Shown piece after piece: positions 8,916-16,531 of a DNA stretch of 32,000 nucleotides. Position numbers and translations under genes: made by a program. Source of the stretch: Candidatus Saccharimonadota bacterium (lineage in GTDB: Archaea > Micrarchaeota > Micrarchaeia > Micrarchaeales > Micrarchaeaceae); assembly GCF_002214165.1 (NCBI RefSeq), contig NZ_CP019964.1:540001-572000 (forward strand), in the 5' to 3' direction. How positions within the stretch are numbered: position 1 is the stretch's first letter; each line of letters opens with the position of its first letter. Below the pieces are notes generated by a model, which was not told the DNA's origin, did no database searches, and saw only the letters and a list, made by a program, of their open reading frames with translations.

Positions 8916-8969
8916 TTAAAAAGTCCTGGAGCAGTTAGACAATTATATGAAGGGTAGGTCAGCTAAAAA

Positions 8970-9041
8970 TGGACTTGGCGGGGATCGCACCCGCGGCCTT
9001 CTCGTTGCGAACGAGACGCTCTACTACTGAGCCACAAGCCC
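8970..9041 (-). tRNA. tRNA-Ala (anticodon CGC)
   Basis: Manual cloverleaf of GGGCTTG TG GCTC AGTAGTA GAGC G TCTCG TTCGCAA CGAGA AGGCC GCGGG TGCGATC CCCGC CAAGTCC A. All four stems pair, the anticodon loop is UU-CGC-AA, and the G3:U70 Ala identity pair is present. There is no encoded CCA and no intron, and a T-run follows. Confidence 0.9.
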
Positions 9042-9206
9042 GCATTATTTGTTACGCAGTTTAAGATTTATATCGTAATTATTATAGCTTTTTCTGTACT
9101 CAAATATGCTTTACAGGAGAATTCTGTATAAAACAACTTAATATTCTGTTTACATTGCAATAATATTATATATAACCTCATTTATATTAGTTTAAAGTGG
9201 TAACAG

Positions 9207-9926
9207 ATGGCGCTCGCTATAATAGACTGTGAAACCACTGGATTGAAGTGGTACAAGAACGGCATCGTCAGCCTAGGGGCTGTAGATATTACTTCTGATG
9301 ACAAATTCTACGAAGAATGCAGGGTCGAAGATGATATAGAAGTTGACGAAACCTCACTGCTTGTCAATGGCTTCAAGGATGCGGATGTCAAGGATCCGAG
9401 CAAGAAAAGCGAATCCGAAGTGCTTAAAAGCTTCATCAACTGGTGCAAGTACCACAGCGTTAATATGATATCGGGATTCAATGTGGAATTCGATATATCA
9501 TTTCTCTATGGGATAGCAAAAAGGGGCAATGTGGACTTTGCGGCTTTTCCCAAATACTATTTCGATATAAAATCAATATTCGAGAGAAATGTGCTCATGG
9601 ACATAAGCAAGAGGCCGATGGTTAACGAGGTGTGCGCTAAGTATGGAATAGATGTAGGCACTCCTCCATATGTGCATGTTTCAATGGACAAGACATTGAA
9701 ATTCTACAATATAGATGAGGATGAGCCAAAGCCGCACCTTGCGATAAATGGTGCCGTATTCGCAACTGAATTGTATTTCTTGATGAAATACAAAACCCAC
9801 TACATATCAAGGTTCTCGAACTCGGAGATACCCGACTACCTCAATGCGCTTAAGTTTGATTTCGGCCCTCCCTTAAAGGTTGAAAACCTTATAAGGTCAA
9901 TAGAGCTAAAGCTTAAGTCCGTTTAG
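9207..9926 (+). CDS. DEDDh-family (DnaQ/RNase T-like) 3'-5' exonuclease domain protein
   Basis: Exo I is IIDCETTGL (D7, E9), Exo II is NVEFDISFL (D96), and Exo III is HLAINGAVFATELY (H177). The position normally occupied by Asp is Gly182. Confidence 0.7.
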   Translation: MALAIIDCETTGLKWYKNGIVSLGAVDITSDDKFYEECRVEDDIEVDETSLLVNGFKDADVKDPSKKSESEVLKSFINWCKYHSVNMISGFNVEFDISFLYGIAKRGNVDFAAFPKYYFDIKSIFERNVLMDISKRPMVNEVCAKYGIDVGTPPYVHVSMDKTLKFYNIDEDEPKPHLAINGAVFATELYFLMKYKTHYISRFSNSEIPDYLNALKFDFGPPLKVENLIRSIELKLKSV

Positions 9927-9927
9927 C

Positions 9928-11085
9928 TCAAGAGAATATGCCAAGCTTCTCTATTACGGAATCCAAATCAATCTCCTCATTTACCATTATTGACTTCTTA
10001 ATGTCCTTCGCAGTGACCTTGCTGTAGTTTTCCTTGAATTTTTCAGTCCTTTCAAGAACCTTCTCTAGAAGGAGCTTCTTCATCTCCCCGCTCAGTACCC
10101 TGCCATGCCTGTAATCGTCATAGAGCTTCTCTGCCTCGTCCTTGTCAAGGAACAGGTACTTCAAGTAAAGGTATGATATGTCGATTTCCGGTATCCCTCC
10201 TAATTTCCTATGCTCGTCCACGCTCGCCCTTCCACCGCTAAATGCATTCAGAACTATTTTCTTTATCGCTTTTTCGTCGTCCAATAGGAACACCGCATTC
10301 CCCTTTGATTTTGACATCTTTGAATCGCCATCAAATCCGGGCATGAACCTTGAATGTAGAACTGCGACCTTTTCATAACCGAACTTTGGAGCGAGGTCCC
10401 TTGACACCCTTATATGGGCATCCTCATCGGGGCCTATTGGGACCAGTATGTTCCTTATCCCAAGGGTCTGTGGGAATATGACATGGGCTGACTGTATGGC
10501 TGGATAGAAATGCAGTCCTGTGTTCTGGTCGTTTGTATAGCCGTATACATCCTTGACCTCCGACATTGTAATGCCCCTTGAAAGCTTTATAGCCAAATTG
10601 TATATGTTGGTGTAAATCTGGTCTATTATGAAATGGGTCTTGTTTTTGTCGTATCCATAAGCTATCAAAGACCTTATCAGCTTGAGGGAGTTGACAAGCC
10701 CGTCCTTCTGGTCCTTTATCTTCCCGGAAACATAGCTCTCATCATCGGATAAAGGCACAAAGATGTCCATACCATATTCCTTCTGGAAGAACAGGTTGGT
10801 GTCGAACACGCCTATATGCCCTATGTGTATGCTGGCACTGGGATTGAACCCTGAGACTATTGCGGATTTTTCGTGCTTGTTCAGCCTCTCCATGAACACA
10901 TCAAAATCCCTGTGCGAATACATAAGCCCGTTCTTAAACGTGTAGAAGGCTGGAAGGCTCATGTCCTTTAGCTTCTTGGCTCCAAAAAGCCCGATCAATT
11001 TCTCATTGTCGGCCGACATCTTCTTGTCAAATTCGACTATCTGCTTCTTTTCTTCATCAGTATAATCTTTGTAATTATCAGGCAT
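9928..11085 (-). CDS. trpS: tryptophanyl-tRNA synthetase, archaeal/eukaryal type
   Basis: Class I motifs HIGH (SIHIGHIG) and KMSKS. The segments YSHRDFDVF, SGFNPS and PLSDDESY align with eukaryal/archaeal TrpRS (FSHRD..., MTDDEKY). GTGGTA lies 3 nt upstream of the ATG. Confidence 0.9.
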   Translation of the reverse strand: MPDNYKDYTDEEKKQIVEFDKKMSADNEKLIGLFGAKKLKDMSLPAFYTFKNGLMYSHRDFDVFMERLNKHEKSAIVSGFNPSASIHIGHIGVFDTNLFFQKEYGMDIFVPLSDDESYVSGKIKDQKDGLVNSLKLIRSLIAYGYDKNKTHFIIDQIYTNIYNLAIKLSRGITMSEVKDVYGYTNDQNTGLHFYPAIQSAHVIFPQTLGIRNILVPIGPDEDAHIRVSRDLAPKFGYEKVAVLHSRFMPGFDGDSKMSKSKGNAVFLLDDEKAIKKIVLNAFSGGRASVDEHRKLGGIPEIDISYLYLKYLFLDKDEAEKLYDDYRHGRVLSGEMKKLLLEKVLERTEKFKENYSKVTAKDIKKSIMVNEEIDLDSVIEKLGIFS

Positions 11086-11284
11086 GATACCACAGTAGTA
11101 GTTTGCAGTGAAAGATTATAACTATTTTGTGTGGAAGAGGGAAAACGAATTTGTTTCTGCTTGCGCCTTTTGCTATGGCCTGCCTTAATCCTTTATTGAG
11201 GTTAACGAAAGTTTAATATACTTTCGAGTTTGATTTTATCCTTGTATAATGAGATTTTTTATTCCTGCAATCCTGTGATCTATT

Positions 11285-12610
11285 ATGGCAAAGAATAACA
11301 AACAGATAAGTTTGTGGGTTGCCACTGCTGTGGGCCTTGGCGCAATAATAGGGGCGGGCATATTCGTGCTCAGCGGTACTGCCATTGCATTGGCGGGGGC
11401 TTACTCGCTGATAGCTTTTATACTTGTTGGAGTTCTGGCTGTAATAATAGCAATGGAATTTGGGGAATTGGGATCGATAATGCCCCATGCAAAAGGTGCT
11501 TCATTCTCATATGCTTATGAGGCTTTTGGCAGCGAGCTTGGATTCATAGTTGGAATACTGATGTATTTCAGCTTCGCGACTGCGATATCCGCAATTGCAT
11601 TGGGATTTGGATCCTATGCAACAAGCCTCCTTGGGGTTGCAAGCCATTCATATTCGGTGATGTTCGCCATACTATTGATTTTCATACTGTCGATAGTCAA
11701 TATAATAGGCATCAAGAAAGCGGCCAAGGCAGACTCGTTCCTTGTCATGATAAAGCTTGGCATATTGACCCTTTTTATAGTTGCTGCGATGGCCCTGGCT
11801 TATTCATCGCATATTTTTGCCGCTTCCAATTTCTCTGTTACAAAATCCACGGGAACGATAGCCGCCATATTCGCTGCCAGCATAGCTGTGTTCTTCGCAT
11901 ATTCGGGGTTCCAATCGATATCTACCATGACCTCTGATGTTAAGGGGGGAAGTAAAGCTGCAGGGAAAGCGATAGTGCTCTCTGTAGTGATAAGCATGAT
12001 ATTCTATGTATTGGTAGTGATCGCAATGATGATGATGGTGCCTGCATCAAAGTTTACGATTTCTGCTGACCCTCTTTCATTTGCGCTTCAATATGCGCAT
12101 GCACCTTATGCTCTATTCGTTATAGTTGGTATAGGGGCACTGATAGCGACAACATCGGCTACGCTTGCTATGATACTTACATCTTCAAGAGTGCTTTACC
12201 AGATAAGCGACAACAAGCTGCTGCCTAAAGCGTTGAGGAAGTACGACAAGAAGAAAGATGTCGCAATAAACGGGGTCATAATATCGTCCGTGATAGGGGT
12301 AGTGATGCTTTTCTCGGGAAACATCTACATAATAGCAGCAATAAGCAACTTTGGGCTCCTTCTCTCGTACTTGATATCCAGCTTTGCGCTTATACACTTC
12401 AGGAGGAACAACAAGGAGGGGATATTCCGCACTCCGTTGTATCCATATTCAACAATAGCCGGCATAATACTGCTTGGCCTTTTCATAGCGGGGATGCCGA
12501 GGGAAGCCCTTGACATAGGAGTACTGCTTATACTTGGATTGCTCATGGCATACTACTTCCTTGTGGAATTCAAGCGCAAGAAAGTAATAAGGGAAGAGAT
12601 CTTCAAGTAG
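11285..12610 (+). CDS. APC-superfamily amino-acid permease (second copy)
   Basis: 441 aa, polytopic, with N-terminal GLGAIIGAGIFVLSG. GTGATC lies upstream of the ATG. Confidence 0.85.
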   Translation: MAKNNKQISLWVATAVGLGAIIGAGIFVLSGTAIALAGAYSLIAFILVGVLAVIIAMEFGELGSIMPHAKGASFSYAYEAFGSELGFIVGILMYFSFATAISAIALGFGSYATSLLGVASHSYSVMFAILLIFILSIVNIIGIKKAAKADSFLVMIKLGILTLFIVAAMALAYSSHIFAASNFSVTKSTGTIAAIFAASIAVFFAYSGFQSISTMTSDVKGGSKAAGKAIVLSVVISMIFYVLVVIAMMMMVPASKFTISADPLSFALQYAHAPYALFVIVGIGALIATTSATLAMILTSSRVLYQISDNKLLPKALRKYDKKKDVAINGVIISSVIGVVMLFSGNIYIIAAISNFGLLLSYLISSFALIHFRRNNKEGIFRTPLYPYSTIAGIILLGLFIAGMPREALDIGVLLILGLLMAYYFLVEFKRKKVIREEIFK

Positions 12611-12625
12611 CTTTGAGGTATAAGC

Positions 12626-13333
12626 ATGAAAGAAACAATAGATAGGATGGAGGCCGATACGTCTTTTGGAAAGATATTCTACCTTCATCGCAATGGGGAT
12701 TTGCCTCTGCTGTTCATACATGGATTGGGGGCTATTTCAAACAACTGGCTCCCTCTCTTTGATAAACTGGATGACAGATTTGAGCTTATAGCGCTTGACT
12801 TATTGGGGCATGGAAGATCGGCAAAGCCCAATATTGAATACACTTTGGATGTGCAGTGCAAGGCAATAGACGAGCTGCTTGGCGGTATTGGCATAAATGA
12901 TCCATTTGCAATCATCGGAAACTCGTATGGCGGTGAGATAGCAGCGAGCTATTCAATAAACCACATGGCTCCGAAGTACCTTGTGCTTGTGGATTCTTCA
13001 TTGGCAGGCATTAACAGCATGGACAGCTCCGATATAGATGCCTTCCTGAAAAAGCTTGACGCGATAGAGCCGGGGAATGACCTCGGTATAATGAGGAACA
13101 TCATAATGAACTCAGAAGAAAGCGGAGTGCATCTCGACGATCTGAAGAATATCGATTCAAAGACGCTTATAATATGGGGCAGCGATGATCCGGAGATAGA
13201 TGTAAAATATGCAGGTATGATAAAAAATAGCATAGAAGGAAGCTCGCTGTACCTTATAGATAAAGGAGGGCATGCGCCGATGATAAGCAAACCAGACGAG
13301 GTATCGGATATAATAAACAAGAACTTGATTTGA
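12626..13333 (+). CDS. alpha/beta-fold hydrolase
   Basis: HG oxyanion motif (LLFIHGLG), nucleophile elbow GNSYGG, a late Asp (GSDDPE) and His (GGHAPM). GAGGT lies 6 nt upstream of the ATG. Substrate unknown. Confidence 0.7.
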   Translation: MKETIDRMEADTSFGKIFYLHRNGDLPLLFIHGLGAISNNWLPLFDKLDDRFELIALDLLGHGRSAKPNIEYTLDVQCKAIDELLGGIGINDPFAIIGNSYGGEIAASYSINHMAPKYLVLVDSSLAGINSMDSSDIDAFLKKLDAIEPGNDLGIMRNIIMNSEESGVHLDDLKNIDSKTLIIWGSDDPEIDVKYAGMIKNSIEGSSLYLIDKGGHAPMISKPDEVSDIINKNLI

Positions 13334-13355
13334 CTTGAAATGCTGGGATCTGGCT

Positions 13356-13994
13356 TTATCTTTGCTTCCGCTCTTGCTTTCTTTTCTTTGCATTTACCCT
13401 GGATCTTTTTGTGACCTTATTGGTCTTGTAAACTGGATAAAATATCCGGAGCCCTGACACCTTTGCAAACTTTGTCAGGATGTGCTTCTTTGGAGTATAC
13501 TCATCAAGCAGATGATATACTACCTTGTGCCTTATGAACAATGCATCTGCTATAAGGTACCTGTGGCATTCGGTAGGCAGCTTCTCATTGCATATTATCA
13601 GCAGGTTGTGGTCCTTCAGCTTCACTATCAACTTGTTCAGGCCATTGACAAAATCTGGTGTCTGCATGTAATCCGCATACGTCTTGAACATATGGTTCTT
13701 CCACCCCGAATTCATCATAAGGCTTTTTGCATTCTTGTACTTTGAGGACAGGTCTACTGAGTGGGTATACTTTACTTTTGAATTTTCAAGTATGCCTGCA
13801 AGGTTGTCCTTTTCCAGTTCTGAGTTGTCGGAGGTTTCCGGATTGAACCTAACATCAACCACTTCCTTGATATTGTACCTCTTTATTATGCTTAGCAGCT
13901 TGTCGGCTTTTGATCCCAATATGCCAAATGTATATATTGAATGCTTGCTTTTTGCCGCATTTTTGTCCGAATCAGTTTTCTCCATGATAATCAT
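13356..13994 (-). CDS. DUF488-family protein with a Lys/Arg-rich C-terminal tail
   Basis: Pattern IYTFG...VVDVRFNPETS...LLIICNEKLPTECHRYLIADAL matches the DUF488 signature (DVR..P.S ... C.E.....CHR). The last 23 residues are KTNKVTKRSRVNAKKRKQERKQR. Confidence 0.6.
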   Translation of the reverse strand: MIIMEKTDSDKNAAKSKHSIYTFGILGSKADKLLSIIKRYNIKEVVDVRFNPETSDNSELEKDNLAGILENSKVKYTHSVDLSSKYKNAKSLMMNSGWKNHMFKTYADYMQTPDFVNGLNKLIVKLKDHNLLIICNEKLPTECHRYLIADALFIRHKVVYHLLDEYTPKKHILTKFAKVSGLRIFYPVYKTNKVTKRSRVNAKKRKQERKQR

Positions 13995-14018
13995 TCATTT
14001 TATTTATTGGTCGATGCT

Positions 14019-15260
14019 TTACCTTGTCAGCCAGCTCCTCTGCTTCCACAAAGTGAATAATCCGTAGAATGATGCAAAGAACATCATTAACAATGCTACC
14101 CCTCCCAAAACAAGCGTCTTCTTCTTTCTCTTGTTCTTGCTAAGCCTAAGGTATACCGCAACCGCAAGGATAAATACGGCAAAGGCATCCAATATCGATG
14201 TCAACGTATATATGAACCTGCCAAATCCCATCCTGGCAAAGTTCGCGGTTATGAAGCTGTAAAACATTCCCGTATCCCTGAAGACAAATCCCAGCCCGTG
14301 TACAAGGTAGAAATCCAACCTCATCAAGCCTAATACGAGCACGAATATCGGAAGTATGTAAAGGTACATCATCTCAAAGGTGTAGAAGAGCCCTCTTTTG
14401 GAGTATGCCCTTTCTGAGAACTCTTTGAAGAAATACAGGTACCCTGCCCTGGCCCACCGTATCATCTGCTTCCAAAACTGCTTGAAGTTCTTCTGCGATT
14501 CGGTCTTGACATAAACGTCATAATCTATAATCTGCTTATATCCAAGCTTTGCCACATGGCTTGTTATATGCCTATCCTCGGCAAGGTTGCTCTTTATCCC
14601 GAATATGACATTCTCTCGGTACTCCTCTGAATTAAGGAAGTCCTTTATAAGATCTGTCCTGTACATTGCGCATCTTCCATCAAGGACCATCACTGATCCG
14701 GAATATGCCATAGCCCTGAACATGACCTCCTTCATTTTCTCAAAGAACTCTGCGGAATAAGATATCCAATTGTTCTTCAGCCTTATTGATACACCTACTC
14801 CAACACCTCCTATGCTAGGTCCAAATTTGGAGATAAGGCTTTTTACGGTATTCCTTGGTATTACTGTATCGCTATCGACAAAAAGCACGTATTTTGTGTT
14901 TACGTAATTTATTGCGGTTGAAAGCCCTTTCCTCTTTCCTTCCCTAACCTGCTTGTATATAAAAGTGCCTCCATAAGATTCTGTGATTGATTTGTACGGC
15001 TCATAGCTTGAATCTCCTATTACAATCATATTTGATTTCTGGTTCGCGATTGATTTTATGCATCGCTCAAATGTCTTTGGATTCTCGTTGTAGACGGGAA
15101 CGACTATTGTGACGTCCTTGTACGTGTCCGTAGTGTTAATTGACTTTGACCTGTAGTTATATTTTACCGAACGCCTTGCATTTATGGTATAATAGCATAT
15201 AGATATGATTCCAAATACAGTGTAAAGCAGCAGTATAATAGGATATATGTGGAACAACAT
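14019..15260 (-). CDS. family 2 glycosyltransferase, processive type (chitin/cellulose/hyaluronan-synthase-like)
   Basis: VTIVVPVYNENP, DSDT, an ED region (LAEDRH) and the Q-x-x-RW motif (QMIRWARAG), with an N-terminal and several C-terminal TM helices. The track starts at GTG 15284. ATG 15260 is preceded by AGGTG and is preferred. Confidence 0.8.
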   Translation of the reverse strand: MLFHIYPIILLLYTVFGIISICYYTINARRSVKYNYRSKSINTTDTYKDVTIVVPVYNENPKTFERCIKSIANQKSNMIVIGDSSYEPYKSITESYGGTFIYKQVREGKRKGLSTAINYVNTKYVLFVDSDTVIPRNTVKSLISKFGPSIGGVGVGVSIRLKNNWISYSAEFFEKMKEVMFRAMAYSGSVMVLDGRCAMYRTDLIKDFLNSEEYRENVIFGIKSNLAEDRHITSHVAKLGYKQIIDYDVYVKTESQKNFKQFWKQMIRWARAGYLYFFKEFSERAYSKRGLFYTFEMMYLYILPIFVLVLGLMRLDFYLVHGLGFVFRDTGMFYSFITANFARMGFGRFIYTLTSILDAFAVFILAVAVYLRLSKNKRKKKTLVLGGVALLMMFFASFYGLFTLWKQRSWLTR

Positions 15261-15415
15261 TACACCTGCAATTTGCAATTGCACGTATGATTATATTGTC
15301 AAGCTTAAAAATTTATTCATTTATTCCTTGATGTTAATGGCAAAATCTGTGATGCTACAGGATTGGCGGTTTGACTGGATCTGATAAGTATATGGTTATA
15401 CTTTTAAAAGCAGGA

Positions 15416-15487
15416 TGGGCCCGCGGAGGATCGGACTCCGGATCTTTACCTTGTCAAGGTAACGTCTTACCACTGGACTACGAGCCC
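15416..15487 (-). tRNA. tRNA-Val (anticodon GAC)
   Basis: Manual cloverleaf of GGGCTCG TA GTCC AGTGGTAA GAC G TTACC TTGACAA GGTAA AGATC CGGAG TCCGATC CTCCG CGGGCCC A. The acceptor, anticodon and T stems pair, and the D stem has 3 bp. There is no encoded CCA and no intron. Confidence 0.9.
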
Positions 15488-15571
15488 TTGTTTAAAAGTT
15501 GCAAAAAGAATTCCACTTTCACATTAATATATTTTTCTATGGATTTTGGTATTTTGGACTGATATATTTAT

Positions 15572-16483
15572 TCATATGCTTAACTTCATTCCGTCTTTTG
15601 CGGCTATCGTGTTCTTGAATATTGTTCTTGACTGGCGGACAAGCTGTGAAGTGCTCTTGTATCGTGTGCTGAAATGTATAAGCATGAGCTCCTTTGCGCC
15701 TGCCTTTATCGCTATATTCGCTGCATCGGTTGCCGTTGAATGCATCCTATCTGCTGCAAGATCCTTGAACTCGTCCGTATATGTTGCCTCGTGTATGAGC
15801 AGGTCAACCCCAGCGGATGCCTTTATTGTCCCTTCTGTTGGCATTGTATCGGTTGCGTAAACTATCTTCTTCCCTATCTTTGGGATTGATACATCCTCTA
15901 TCCTTACCTCCTTTGGCAAGCTTGAACCTTCATCAGGCTTTACCGTAATCTTGCCTTTTTCCAAAAGCTCCCTATACATCTTCCCTTTTATCCCAAGGCT
16001 GTCGCACTTTTCTTTTATGAAGTTCAGACTGTCATTTTCGGCTATCCTGTACCCATATGAAGCTATTGAATGCTTCAGTTCGAATGCAGTGACGTTTATC
16101 GATTTGTTTCTGTAAATCTCCCCTGGCACTATCGGGATTACGTTTATTTCGTATCTTGGTCTGAAGCTGTCAAATCTTGCAAGCGCTTCTATCCTGTCTT
16201 CATAACCCTTTGGCACGTATATGCTGAGCGGGTAGTCCCTTCCGTATAAGTCCAGGCTCCTAAGCATCCCCGGAAGCCCGAATATATGGTCTCCATGGGT
16301 ATGGGTTATGAATATGGCCCTTACCTTGAACATATTGGCATCGGATTTCAGCATCTGCCTCTGCGTCCCTTCCCCGCAGTCGAACAGGTATAAATCGCCT
16401 TCGTTCTCAACTGCAACGGCGGCAAGCCCTCTTGATTTGGTTGGTGCTGCACCGGATGTACCAAGAACTGTCAGTTTAAACAT
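15572..16483 (-). CDS. rnz: ribonuclease Z (tRNA 3' endonuclease)
   Basis: 303 aa; N-terminal LTVLGTSGAAPTKSRGL...YLFDCGEGTQRQM and the metallo-beta-lactamase motif HTHGDH, collinear with short-form RNase Z. Confidence 0.9.
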   Translation of the reverse strand: MFKLTVLGTSGAAPTKSRGLAAVAVENEGDLYLFDCGEGTQRQMLKSDANMFKVRAIFITHTHGDHIFGLPGMLRSLDLYGRDYPLSIYVPKGYEDRIEALARFDSFRPRYEINVIPIVPGEIYRNKSINVTAFELKHSIASYGYRIAENDSLNFIKEKCDSLGIKGKMYRELLEKGKITVKPDEGSSLPKEVRIEDVSIPKIGKKIVYATDTMPTEGTIKASAGVDLLIHEATYTDEFKDLAADRMHSTATDAANIAIKAGAKELMLIHFSTRYKSTSQLVRQSRTIFKNTIAAKDGMKLSI

Positions 16484-16531
16484 CGTAATCGCACTTTTCT
16501 CCTCATTTGGATGCAGCGGGCGAAGTTCCCT

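Noticed and set aside
9090-9150. Three occurrences of (A/T)TTCTGT(A/T) in the divergent tRNA-Ala/exonuclease promoter region.
   Set aside because: It is a short 7-mer in AT-rich DNA with irregular spacing (31 and 21-22 nt). That is not distinguishable from chance without comparative data.
7210-9206. Possibility that tRNA-Ala marks an integrated element carrying the ATPase-nuclease gene.
   Set aside because: Scanning by eye, I found no integrase gene and no direct repeat of the tRNA 3' half elsewhere in the window. Only the remnant ORF hints at rearrangement, so the idea is reported as a question, not as a mobile element.
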